NCBI GenBank assembly: GCA_028023455.1
Contig: JAQFVV010000004.1
Span: forward strand, 23,126,001-23,190,000
Length of the DNA: 64,000 nucleotides
Reading direction: 5' to 3'
Source of the DNA: Epiperipatus broadwayi
Lineage: Eukaryota; Animalia; Onychophora
Part shown: positions 1 to 13,495 of the stretch, piece after piece
Position numbering within the stretch: the stretch's first letter is position 1
Layout: the number at the start of each line of letters is the position of its first letter
The notes under the pieces: generated by a model
Seen by the model: the letters and a program-made list of their open reading frames with translations, nothing else
The model's database searches: none
What the model was told of the DNA's origin: nothing
Program-made: the position numbers and the translations under genes

Positions 1-847
1 AATTAATAATATTAACACAAAACAGAAACATAATGAAATGCAAAGATAAATCTATTTTAAAACAAACTGAAAAAAGTAGATAATGAAATTTTAATAATAA
101 GCAAAAATAAAGGATCCAGGGTTTATGTTTTGGATGAATTATAATATACAGAAAAGTAACGGAAAATAGAAAAAACCAAGCATATAACAAAATAAAAATA
201 TGATAAAGCCAAAATACACAATTTAATTGAATTATAGAAAATTGGATTTAATTAATGAAAAAGAGCACAGTGTCTTTGATAAAGTAAAAACACACAGAAA
301 ATATGCTGGTATGGCCAATCTTAGATTTAAAATTATATTTTTTAAGGAGCTATGTAATATAGTATTGTTATTGCAAAGACGTAATTAAATTAAATATATT
401 AAAATTAAATGTCACTGATGCATTTTTTGGTAATAATTTACTAGACAAAGACTGCACCATCAGGCGCCGTTTATGTGCTAAAGTACATAATGCCGTTTCC
501 TCGGCCGACAGCATATTCGAACCCGCGTTTACTACAACACTTGTGTTGTGTTACATATTGCAAGCCGCTTTGACGCATCACAGTAAATAATTTTTGCGAA
601 TTCGCACACTTCATACCTTTTTATGACTTCGTGTGAGGCTGTGTGTATTTGAATTCTATGAAAATCATTTTTTTTTTTTTAGTATTGAACTAAAGAGATT
701 TTAAGTAATAATTATCCGACACGTTACATAATTCTACATTGAAGTCTTAAGCATCAAAACCTTGTCCAAATAAATGTGTGAAGATAGTTTGAATTAGGTA
801 ACGCGTCAAGTAAAGTACTGCCCGTAACATTCCAGGAGACCAACAAA

Positions 848-1735
848 ATGGTGCAGGAAATCCCACATCTTGTTCGATTCTGTGATTTAACAGTAACAGA
901 ATCAGATGCTGTCATTTTTGCAAAGAATGAATGTGCTTCCACATTCAATGAGATGCAATTGTGGATCAGCAATGAAATTATTCTGTGCAAAAAGTACCGC
1001 TCAATTTTGCTGTCCGTTGCATTCATGCAAGTGAGCGGAACGTGTCCAATTTGAAAGACGAGTTGGTTTGATGGCTTCGGAATAGCATTGGTTCAAGATG
1101 TACGGGTTATTTATTACTGGAGCCATGAATAGTTGAGTGTCCAAGCTGTCCAGACAGATCTGTCGATCGGCAAAAATGCCATTTTGCATTGGACCAACGG
1201 TCTGCAGGAGATTGTTCTGAGAGTTTGGCAGTTCAACCGTGCTGTCAAATCGGTGGGCCCAGTTTGACAGTTGAGGTGGATGAAACTTTAGCAGGAGGGA
1301 AAACCGTCAGGGAAGAGTACTACCTCAACAGTGGATTTTTTATTGGGGAGGGAGTGCGTGAGACACGTGATTGTTTCTTAAAATGTGTTCCTTGCTGATC
1401 TGCATTCACACTTAAGCAGGCCATCAAAGACAATGTGAAGTCCGGATCGACTATCTTCTCAGACTGTTGGGGATATAAGTCCGTTGATCTTGAGGCGTCA
1501 GGATTCCATCATATGATTGAATCACACCTACAACTTTGTGGATCCTTCCACGTGTGCTCATACGCAAACCACTGAGCATCTTTGGGGCCTTTTAAAGTGG
1601 AAAATCAGAAACGTGGAACACACCGTCAAGTTCTGCCAAACTACTTTGCAGAATTTATGTGGCGACGTCTCCACAAGGATGAACGTTTTCCTGGCCATCC
1701 TTGCAGAGATGTCTTTGACACCACACTCCCAGTAG
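848..1735 (+). pseudogene. Merlin/ISXO2-like DDE transposase with stops and frameshifts
   Basis: Stitched frames read ...SWFDG..IYYWSHE..IGKNAILHW..IGGPSLTVEVDETL..GVRETRDCFL..IKDNVKSGSTIFSDCWGY..NHTYNFVDPSTCAHTQTTEHLWGLLKWK. The D (VEVDE), D (SDCW), E (TEHLW) triad is that of the DDE_Tnp_IS1595 family. Confidence 0.92.
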
Positions 1736-1749
1736 AATTTTTGTAAAGT

Positions 1750-2640
1750 ATTGACTTGTTTATTTTGAAAAATGTTTTCATATTTTTTTTTAATGTTTAC
1801 CTAACAAAAATTTCCTTTTGTCAAATAGCGTTTGAAGTTGCTAATGTAAATGAAAGTTATTTTGTAAATTTTTAATATTTGTTGTTTTTTTGACTTGTTT
1901 ATTTTTAAAAATATTTTCATTTTTTAATGTTTACCTAACAAAAATTCCCTTTTTGCAAATAGCATTTGAAGTTGTTCGTGTAAATCGAAGTTATTTTTGA
2001 ATATTTGTTGTTGTTCTTTTTTGCAAACAAAACCGATTTCAAGTATTCAATGGTTATTTAAGTAATAGTTTTTTAAGTTGTTGCTCTTTCATTTTGGTTG
2101 TTGTTATTATTAAAAAAGCTTAAACAGTTTTAAACTGGTTTCTAAAAACTCAAGAAGCATGTTATTTGTAAGACTTTCTTAATTTGTTGTTGTTGTTTAT
2201 AGTTTAAAAAAGAACGGCTATCAACTTTTACTTTTTGTGCGATTATTGATTTTTAAACAAAAAAAAAAGCGGGTAACAAAAAACGAGTAATAAAATTGAA
2301 ATTTATTTTGTTAAAAATAAAAAGCTTTATAAGTTTAAAACCATTTTAGTATTTGTTGCTGTTTCTATGTAAAAAAAAAAAAAAATGTAAAAGAAAAGCT
2401 AAGAACTTTTACTTTTTTGTTCCGATTATTGATTTTTAAATAAAAAAAAGTGGTTAACAAAATTGTTTTTTTAAAGAAATAGCATGTTAAAAAAAAAAAA
2501 GCTTAATAAGTTTAAAACCATTTTAGTATTTTTGGCTGTTTCTATGTAAAAATGAAAATGTAAGAACTTTTATTTTTGTTCCTATTATTTTTTATAAAAA
2601 AAAAAGCGTAATACAAAAAAAAACAGTAATAAAATTGAAA
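1750..2640. repeat. Degenerate internal direct repeats in the 3' part of the Merlin element
   Basis: gacttgtttatttt...atgtttacctaacaaaaatt at about 1753 and 1892; aagtttaaaaccattttagtattt..gctgtttctatgtaaaa at about 2331 and 2508. Confidence 0.7.
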
Positions 2641-2861
2641 TTTGTTGCTTTTATTTTATTATATTTGTTAATTTCATTTCATTTAAATTAATTTGTTTAT
2701 GTTAATAATAAAAAAAAATGTTAAAAACCACGACTTCTGTGTATGATTATTTTTGGCAATAAAAAACACCACAAAATGATTCAAATAGACGGCTTGGGAA
2801 TGTTCATATATTAATAGTTTTGGTGTGACAATAGCGCCATCAGGTGGCGTCTTTGTCTAGT

Positions 2862-4400
2862 AAACAATTTTACCCATTTTTCCAATACCAAATGATGCAA
2901 TTAGTCCATTTCTATTTAATTTTATATAAATTCCCGATTTTCTCTATTATCTGATTGGGGAATGTTCCAAGGCTGTCACATGTCAACTTCACGAGGCATA
3001 TTTTTCAATGGGGGGAAAAAATTATTTGTTCCGCCATCAATAAACCATAATAATTTTTTTACTCATCATTTTACACAAGGAAGTAATTTGTTAAAGCAAC
3101 CAATAAAAAAAATATATTACAAAAACGACGCCTACATTTCTGGATTCTAAAAAAATATGATATTGGAATAAATCTTTTTGAAAGAAAAAACACACAGAAA
3201 AAAATCAGAACATGTGCTTTTAACTAGAACAGAATAGGTATATTTAAATCACTAAGAAAATGTGATTACAATACATAAATTCATATCTGAAATATATTTA
3301 ATGAGGGGAGAAAAATAGATGCTATAATAACCGTATTTTTATTTAGTTTTGGTTAGCATATAATTGAAGTTAAAATGACAGCCTTTCAGGTCAGTGTACA
3401 ATTCTCACATTTATTTATATACTAAAATCCAGTTTAATTTACATTAAATCTTTACAAAAAAATTGTTAAAGCAACCAATTAAAAAAAAAAAGCCCAAGCT
3501 TTACATAAGCAGGGTATAGTCTAGTATATATATATAAAGATATTAAAATATAGTTATAAATAAAATGAAAATAAATAGTAAAATTTCAGATATATATATT
3601 ACTGCAAAAACATTATTTCTAAGTGATGCTTCATATTTTAAATATAAATAGGACTTTTGGAATATGAAGCAAGGATGAGATGTAATTGATAAATACAGAA
3701 AAAAAAAAAGAAGAGAATATATACTGATGATATAATTATAATGGGGAATAAAAAATATTGCTAATGAATTTAAGAAAATGAATAATAATACAGTATTAAG
3801 AGTATTGAATACTAAAAGAATTAAAGGGACTAAAATACTTTTTTTAAAAAAAAAGGGGGGGGGGATGAAAGAATATAAAACAATACAGTATATTAAAGAT
3901 AAAGAATAAATAGAGGTAACTGATCCAAATTCATGCCAATCATAGAACAAACAAAATAGTTTTCAAAAGTTTTAAATGAAAACCTATAGGCTAACATTAA
4001 ATAATAAAAAAACATATACTCAAAAATTGGAAATGATTAAATGGAGTTTTGTAATTCTTAGAATTTTAAATAAAGATAAATAATAAAACAATAAAAATCA
4101 TGTACATAAAAATAAAACAAATAAGTTTCAATCTCATATTCAAAAGATATACTAAAAAAAATTGATTAAAGAAAAGTTGTCAGATGATATAACAGTATTT
4201 TGAAAAAAATTGTAATCTTTAGAGAAATGGATGTGTAATGCTAAAAGTAATATCATTAAAAAATAAAATAGGAATAGATTATAAAATTAAGTGCAACTAT
4301 TGAGAAATAAAAAAAGCCTGAATAGAACAATTAAGAGAAGATACAAAATCATGGTCATGCATTCATTTTTTAGGTTAAGATATAAAGGGAATTGTAAAAT
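2862..4400 (+). mobile_element. Very decayed non-LTR (L1/Tx1-like) remnant, probably the host site of the Merlin insertion
   Basis: GMFQGCHMSTS at about 2959-2990 resembles the RT motif GxRQGCPLSP; purine-rich, Lys/Ile-coding composition on + strand. No other motif was clear. Confidence 0.3.
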
Positions 4401-4429
4401 ATAAATATATGATGAAATTGTTAAGACTA

Positions 4430-4830
<401 letters not shown>

Positions 4831-6771
4831 TCACTATCCAAATACGCAAGGTATATCTTTTAACTCATTAAAGCAATCAGGGATAATTTGTCCTAGGTAT
4901 TTCCATAGTTATGTGAAACATTTAAAGAGAAATAAATATTCATCACCAAAAAATAAATAGTAGTAATAATGTTGACTCATTCAGGAATGCTTCAGGGGAA
5001 GGATGTAATGGAAAATAATATAAGGTAGTCTCTTTTTTTTTTTGTTTAATTTTATATTTATTCATATTTAGATAGTTAATGAAATAAAAGCCACATAGGC
5101 TTAATTATTTATCAGCATGGTGTGCACATGCTGTATGTGTGTAACACACATGAATATAATTTTTGTTAATATCTTTATGCCATTGAAACTTTTTTAATAT
5201 TATTGTATATATTGGGGGCACATTAGAAAATATAATATACAAAGGACATCAATTTATCCAAACACCATTCCTGTCACTATTATGCCCCAATTCAAATAAT
5301 AGTAAAATTATCTGCAATAATACTACTACTTGAAATGGTAAAAAAGATAATGATGTTAATGGTCGGTAATACAATAAAAAAAAAGAACTAACATATACAA
5401 ATTTTTATGTCTAGGGCACGAAGATGGAGTAGATAAGTCAGTTGGTGAGTTGTTTTCTTGGGCGGTTCAGGGTGTTCAGATAACTAGAAGTTTTCTGTAA
5501 CCGCATCTGTACTTAATGTTCTTACACATAAGCCATAACTGTATAAATTGTCTCCAAGATTTGTTTCAAGATTGAAATGTACACTTCCAATCCAATTATC
5601 TCCAGTGCCCCAGTCCTCACTGCTGAAATTATCCATCCAGTAGTAGAGATGGAGATCTCTGTTGGGCTGTTGCCAGTGCATAGTTGCTTGGAAGTTGGAA
5701 AAAGGTCAGCCTGTTTGATAAAAATCCACAAAAACTACAACTGCTGACAGACCAGACCAACACGATTGTGTGCATATGAAATCCCACCTTCATATAGCGG
5801 AGGTGGCCAAAACATCTGATGCTCCACGGGGCAGTCTAGGGCATGCTAAATATGGAAACACTAAAAGCCAAAGATTGCAACTGCTAAAATTGCATGCAGA
5901 TTATTGACTTATAGGATACAAATCATTTTCATTGAAGTAGTTTCTGATATTAGGGTCTGTATTTATTATTTACTTTTTTTTTTTTTTTTGGCGGGGCCTT
6001 TTTGGAATACAAAGTTTTTTTTTTCATTTGCTTTACAACAACAAAAAAAGGAAGGCTTTTATTAATACACACTTGAATTCTCATATGATTAATTTATAAT
6101 TTATACATAAACTTCATGATTATTAATGATAAAAAACATTAAAACAAGTGCTTTAAGTAAGAAAACCTTTTAGACTATGTGATATATACTATATATTTTA
6201 AACATAAGCTCACACTAGCAATGAAACTTTAAAAAAAAAAAAAAATCAATGCTGAGATGATAAATTTTCAGTAGAAATGTTCGAAATGGCATTTAATATA
6301 TCATAATTGATCCTAGCATGAAATTGTATCTCAAAATACTATTTTCTAAACTTTTCTCTTTTTACTGTGGTGCTGCTGTGCACAGAAACTTTTGTCGAAA
6401 ACATTTGTTTTTTTCTTTTGTAATAAAGAAAAATGGGCCCAAAACGCATCTGCTTTGGCCACTTTGTCAATACTCAAATCTGTTTTGAGGTCTTTGGTTT
6501 CAGGAATAATGCAAAATAAATATTGTTTGTTAAAACAATATTTAAAAAAAAAAAGCTAAAAGCTTAAATATATGCAGTTAAAAAATGCATGAAAGCTATG
6601 ACACGTATGAAGGAAAGTAAGCTAATTCATAAGTTCTTTTTCATTGGTATGTTTCCGGAGTCAATTTTTGACTTTATGTTCATTTTGCTTAGTTTATTTT
6701 TACTACTTAATAGGATTTACGGATGATTCTACAAACACCCATTATGCAATTACATAGCAGGCCACCAAGGT

Positions 6772-7849
6772 TCAACATATGTAGATTGGATTTTCCTGGC
6801 AAGTTAGAAGCAGACATATTGATGTTGGCATAGTTTTCAAATGAATCTCTGATGAATGATGCTAGTATCCCTTCATGAGGCACAGCAGCAATGTTCTGCC
6901 CATTGATTTCAATATACAATGACAAATTTTTACTCCATCTCAATCACCTATTATTCCTCCTTGTAATAAACTGCAATTCACACCACTTTGTAAACTAAAT
7001 CCCAACTGATATTTTGTGTCAGGCTTCTTGATTCTCTCACATCTACAACTGGAGAGCAACGAACTAGTTAGTTTCATCAGTTTGATTCTTAGTATCCTTA
7101 TGGCAGGCAGAGGGGTAGTCCAATTAAACTAACCCCATTAATTAATATTATTTTATTGCCAATGTTTGGTTGTTCACATCAATCTGCAGCACCATTATGT
7201 GCCATGTTGGCAATGATTACTATAGGTAAGACTGAACCCTAGTGGACTCTAATAACCAAACCCATGATTTCTCCTTTTTGTTTTTGGAATTACAATCCCT
7301 ATCTGCCTATCTTTTTTTGAAAATATTTCCAGTTCATCTCCAAGAATTTCATGGGAATTTTAAGCTTCCCAATAGTCCATCACTTTTAAAAAGCATATGG
7401 TCTTTGATGCTATTTGCTTTCAGGAATTCCATATAAGCCACTTGAAATGCTTGACCAATTGATTGTGCAAAAAACTGAGCCTCTTCTGATTCAAAGATAT
7501 CACAAAATATCTTGGGCATTTTCTTGATATATGTTTCGGGATTGTGTGACAAGAACACGCACCATCAACAAAACCAACCTATCAATGTCTGCTATGTAGA
7601 AAATAGTTTGGAAGAAATAGTGCATCACAATTTCGTAAATAGGTCTATATTAAGCATAATAATTTTTTTCTGTAGAAATAAATAGATTAACACCTGCATT
7701 AGGCTGGGACTCATCTTCAGATGCCTTGATGCAGCTTACATCTACTGTGCCTGCATTATTTGGCTAGCTTTGGTGGGACATCCCTAACATAAAAGTTGTA
7801 TTGAGCCCAAATACCTCGTTCAAAACAAAACACCTATTAATACTTTTTT
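6772..7849 (-). pseudogene. APBA: Processed pseudogene of X11/Mint/Lin-10 (PTB-PDZ1-PDZ2 through the stop codon)
   Basis: Contiguous, intronless, decayed: [141 protein letters not shown]. Confidence 0.95.
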
Positions 7850-8340
7850 GTCAAAGTTATTATTCAAGTTTGGTATCGTGAACGTCTTTAAGCAAAAGTT
7901 GGTAGATAATTAACATTTATGTACTTGGCCAATGATTTAGTGTAAAATGAGAAGAAAAAGGATCACAATTTTTTAGGAATTTGCACAAAAATTTTCTGGT
8001 GCTTCTCAGTATGTTGCTAGGGAAGCCTATGAGAAAATAATCAAATCATTGAAATGAATGTTAAATATTTGGCAAGAAAGAAATGTCTATGATGGTAGTT
8101 TTATCAATAAGCTCAAGCAAATATTAGATAAAGATCATCAACAATTTCAGAATCAATTCCCAAGAAAAGAAAAGCAGAATCTGTGGCACCAGTAAATCTT
8201 ATTGATAAAGTTTTGTCACTTTCTCCGATTGAACCACTAAATAGTGAACAATTAATAAAGTACTCTGGGATCTTAAAAATTCTGCTTCAAGTGATGCAAA
8301 TGTTCGAAAAAATATTGCTATTCCTCCACAGGAAAATATT
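7850..8340 (+). pseudogene. RPRD1B: Processed fragment of RPRD1A/B (CID domain plus linker)
   Basis: VWYRE..AKVGR*LTFMYLANDLV..MLNIWQERNVYDGSFINKLKQ..PLNSEQLIK..DLKNSASSDANVRKNIA..PQE matches RPRD1B VWHRELRKAKSNRKLTFLYLANDVIQ..LLNIWQERSVY..LTEELIKALQDLENAASGDATVRQKIASLPQE. The A versus B paralog cannot be resolved. Confidence 0.9.
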
Positions 8341-11300
8341 AATAAATAAAAACAATTAAAGGCCTAATGCAAATAGCAGAAAATCATTGGAATCTTTAAA
8401 AATGTATATTAAAATATTATTCATAAAGATCTGATTTGCACAATATAAAATAAATAGTTTATATTTATAACTTATTTTTAATGAACTACATTTTTAATAA
8501 TAACCTAGACTTCTTGAAGATTTCTACAAGGAATAGAACTGATTTATGCTATATATATATATATATATAAATTCTTTGGTTGTTTATTATCAAATTTAAA
8601 GTTCATCAACATTTTATATTTTATTATTGTATTTGTTTTAATAAATACTATACACAAAATATATATCCACATATATATTTAAATATAGGAGAAAAATTGA
8701 AGAGAGAAATATATAACTATATTGTATTTTTTTTTAAATGATATAGAAATGTATATATTCATCTATAAATTATGAAGTGGCAGGCTTCAGAGCCATATTT
8801 AGTGAGCCCCCCAGTTTTATTTTCCAAATTGAACAGTTCAACTTTACGCATATTAAATCGTATCTACATTTAAGCACACCAATTTTTTTATCATTTGTAG
8901 TTCAAATTAATTTTGCCATTTCTTATCTTCCCTATTGATAACTTCATATTTTCTTAAACTTTAGTAATCTGTGCTTTATGAATTTTTGGCTTTTTTTTTT
9001 TCAATTTCATTATTAACACAATTTCTTTTAAGCATCTTTTCTTGCAGCTTGTAAAAAAAAATTGGCACATTTAATCTTTTGTTGTTCTGTAATTGGTAGG
9101 AGTACATAAAGCTTTATAATGTTTTTAAATTAATATATTATTAATTTGCCATTCAACCAAAAAAAAAAATGACTCAACTGTTGATTTTTCAGTTTATTGC
9201 TGGGATATTGCTTCTCCAAATATTTTTTCAAGATCACAATAGTATCAAAATGATAAATGGAGTACAAGATCACAATATTATCAGAATGGTAAATGAAGTA
9301 CCAAAACATTAACTCACACAAGTCTATTATATTTCATCAAAACTATTTTAGCTTTTTGTGTAATGCAAATGTTACACTACCAACTTATATTTTTCTAATT
9401 TCCAACATCATATATATCGATTATATCAAACTTATTTTATCATATAAGCATCGTGACTTCAATAATTATGAACATCTTTTCCAACCCAGCATTGTACAAA
9501 AAAGGAATTTTTAAAATGAAATCTAGATTGGCTAGACTATATATATATTTGAATAAATCTGGAAGGGGCTCGAAGTGAATGATTATGACCTACATTACCT
9601 TCCTTATTTAAAATTATTTAAAAAAATACATAAATTGCAATTTTCTTTTCTTCTTTTTTTTTTTTTTGTAAAAAAAAAAAAAGAGTGATCCAAAATACAT
9701 TCAAATTTGTTTATCTACAACAAAATAAAATACTGATAATGGTACAAAATTTTTTTTTGATAGTCTAGGATCAGCCTGCAGAATCTGTTGCTGGGATTCA
9801 TGGCCTAAAAATCATTTCATGATGACCAACGCTGCCATATGAATCGAGAGATTTGTCAATGAACCTGCAACCAAAAAGTAATCAAACTCAATTTATCAAT
9901 AAAACAATGTAGTTCAGCAATAAATATATAAATATATAAAATACAATAAAAACAGTAGCTAAGCAATATTGACTACATATACTACACACACATAAAATCT
10001 AATTTTGATGAAAAAAATACTTTTCTACATGTATTTTACAATTTAGTCTACAATAATTAAACTTTTCTATCACTATAGTTGTTCTTATAGATATAATAAA
10101 CATCTCCATATTTCCCCATTCTTTTTAAATTTACTTAAACAAATATAAAATAAAAGACAAATGACCCCAAAGTTATTCTATAACTGTTTAAAATAGTAAA
10201 TTCTACATATAATTAGGCTTCACATGCAGTTTTGACTTTCAACATGTGTTTAGCCTGTGTGTGTATATATTAAATTTTACCTATATGCTTTCAAGAAACA
10301 TATGCTCATTTGCTGATAGAACTCAAGTGTAGAAGGAATTTAAATTCTAAAAATTTATTAGCAAAATATTTGCAAACATTGACAATGTTAACTTAAAGCA
10401 AACCAGATTGTAATTTTTGAATATTCTAATTACTTTACTATTATATATGGATCAATATTACATTTTATAGAATTTGAAAGTTAAATTTCCTAGCCACAAA
10501 GTTAAATGCCTTGGTGCATGAATATAAAGTTCTAACAGATATAAATCACAAAATCCCAAGAAAATATATATTTTTGTGTGTATATATATGTAAAATTTTG
10601 CTTTTAAATAAACTAACTGTAATTAATTTACATAATTCCATAGTGTTAATAACTTCATATATTTGCAATTCTTAATATTTAAAATCTCCACATACACATG
10701 CCTGCACATATATGCTGTCTAAATTAAGAACAAATTTGTTTTATCACTGTTTAAACACATAAAATATTACACATCTCAATATAATTAAAAATAACTATTA
10801 TTATGATCCATGAAATACATTTCCGTTGAGAGAAGTTCTTAAATTTGTTTTATATTACTATTTATAATAATGAATACCAGAATTTAAGACTTAAATGCAA
10901 TTGTATTATTAGAAAAACAAAAAATTATTATAAAAAAATATATAATGTACAAATATATGAATCGAACAGAAGCTTCATTGAGAAATATCTGATGTGTTTA
11001 AGCTTAAATATTTGATGTCTACGTGCATTTCTATCAAGAATAATACATATATACCTAACCTATAATAAACGTGCTCTTATTATTATATGTTACTTTTTAT
11101 TGTAAATGTAAAAAAACTAAAATATAATTTTTCTATTAATCCTATTTCATTTTATTCAATCACATCTTATTTCAACCGCATATGTATGTAGATGGATTAT
11201 TCTCCAGTACAACATGAGGGGTAAGAATGACTAAATGGTGAACATGGGTAGGATGACAACCTTGGCACTAATATGGGTTCTGAACACTCCATCATCAGAT

Positions 11301-12919
11301 TTTGAATGAAGTGGATGGCTGTGAGTTGGAGTAGTTTGAAGCCTGTCCATTAAAGTATGAAGATTGGCTATCTTAATATAAAAGCTAAGCACTGATTGTA
11401 TATATGTGTGAGGATAGTAATCTGGACCAACTGATGATTGCTGGTTTAGCATGAAATACGTATATTGGTGATTATTTATCTTTTCAATATGTGTATGATC
11501 AGATGGGTCAGCAATATGAGATGACATGGAGAGTTGAGGATTGTGCGAAAGTCTGAGTTTGAATCCCTTATATTAATAAATTCTGCATATTATTTGTTTA
11601 CAAATGCAAACTGGCAATACTGTGTTAAATTACTTTTAAACTGATTTATAAAAACTTGAGTGAAAGATACTCCAGCTATAAGTCAATACATAATGGCACA
11701 GTGAAAAAAGGAAAAAAATAAGAAATGTTTGAAAACAATTTTTGGAAAGACTATTTCAAAAAATAATTTCATTTATAAATATTAATATGAATTTATAGCT
11801 ATGCAAAATGCATTAATCTTATCTTGATTAATTTGAAATTTTGCTTAATTTAAAATCTATAATATTTGTCATATAGATTTGTAAATTTAGTAATTAAGTG
11901 TAAGTAATTAAAGTAATAAGAGGGACAAGCTTTAATATTCTAAATTTTTTTTAATAAAAATGTCACAATAAAAGCACTTTTTAAGGCTAACAAAATACTT
12001 TTTTTATTTTCTGGATTTTAAGATTAATTTATGCATTTGGTTGAAGTTCCAATTTTCACACTAACTATACATAATATTGAAAATATAGTATTATATATAT
12101 GTTTCATAATAGCTGACACTGCAATAAAAAACAAAGTTGAGAAAATTATCATATAACAAAACAAAATAAATTTAAATATTTTTAATGTTATTAATTTTGA
12201 ATTTATTCATAAATTGTTAATGTTGATAATTAAGTTTTAAAAAAGGAATTTTGTTACAGTTGAGAGAAATCTGGATAAAATTTCTATTAAAAAATATATA
12301 TAATAATACTCACTCATCATATTTTCATGCCTTTTTTTTTAAAAAAAAATAAAGTACAATTTTCAATTTCATTTTTAAACCAAGATTCATTTATGAAAAC
12401 TTATGGTTAGAAGTCTTTTTCCTTTTATAATGTAAAAAATTATCTAAAAATATTCATTACATGATCCAAATGCAAGTATATATATTTTCAAGTAATGTGA
12501 GTATATATATATACTATACCATCTTGGTCTAGATTTAATCCTAGAATCATTATAATCCTAAAAAAAAAAAATGCTAGCTTACTTTATTTTTCAATTGTTT
12601 TTAAAAGACCAATAATTTACAATAATTCATGAATTTTTAATTGTAATTAGTATACTGTATATCATAATGAAATTGAAAGATTGAATACATACGTTTATTA
12701 GTATTGTTATTTTATTGCAACATTTAACAAATAATACATGAACCCAAATAATCATTATTTAGAATGTATGTATGTGCATTTTGTTTATACAATTAAAACT
12801 ATCTTAAATCACACATTTTAAAATATTATTTATATATATGAGATATGACAATTTAATTTTGGGAAAGTACCTTTATAAAATAGATATGGGAAAATTATTC
12901 TAGGAAACATGCATATTTG

Positions 12920-13495
12920 AAGATCAGTTGCAACATTAAACCAATGTTGTTTCTGTTTATCTGTCAAGATCTGGGGCACAAACTTTGCAGAAATCATTCT
13001 CATGCCCAATTTTTTATTTAAAATGAGTCTGTTTCCAATTGATCTGCAATTCTTCAGCTAACATTGTTACATTTAATCATCTATCATGCTATTGCATCTC
13101 GCATTTTGTTAATATTAATGTCATTATTGTTTTTGGTTATCCGCTTCTGGGATCATCCGTCACATCATGTCACCCATCTTTGAATCTCTTATGCCACTCA
13201 AACACTCCATTTCTTCATAGTATCTTCACCATATGTCACTTGTAACAGTTGTAATATTTCAGTAGCACATTTTCTGACTTTCACACAAAATTTGATATTA
13301 ATAAGTTCCTCAAAATTTCGATCACCCATTTTACGCCAAAGCATATGGATAACTAAGTAACAACTAGTTCCATTAGCTTAAAATTTATATCTGTTAGCAT
13401 AAACATGTTCAAACAGGTACACTCGTGATTTCAGTAGAATTAGATCACAAGTGGAACCACACGGCATTCTGAGAATTAAATCATCACAACTTGTA
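12920..13495 (-). mobile_element. Mariner transposon, 5' fragment (N-terminal HTH region)
   Basis: MGDRNFEELINIKFCVK..LQVTYGEDTM..VFEWHKRFKDG..DDPRSG*PK..KLGMRMISAKFVPQILTDKQKQ. A probable 5' TIR (TACAAGTTGTGATGATTTAATTCTCAGAAT on minus) ends at 13495. Confidence 0.88.

Larger units (their letters stand above)
440..2861 (+). mobile_element. Merlin (IS1016/IS1595-like) DNA transposon, full-length but decayed
   Basis: Terminal inverted repeats ACTAGACAAAGAC (440-452) and GTCTTTGTCTAGT (2849-2861) with further imperfect symmetry inward. Flanks taataattt (431-439) and aaacaattt (2862-2870) match 7/9, a possible eroded 9-bp TSD. Internal ISXO2-type transposase. Confidence 0.85.

Noticed and set aside
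9770-9875. Possible exon (minus strand ttgcag|..FIDKSLDSYGSVGHHEMIFRP*)
   Set aside because: It has a plausible acceptor, but I found no partner exons and could not recognise the peptide.
11170-11560. 98-aa minus-strand ORF (LMDRLQTT resembles an RT segment)
   Set aside because: Only one short motif with no flanking RT motifs; probably an unidentified repeat.
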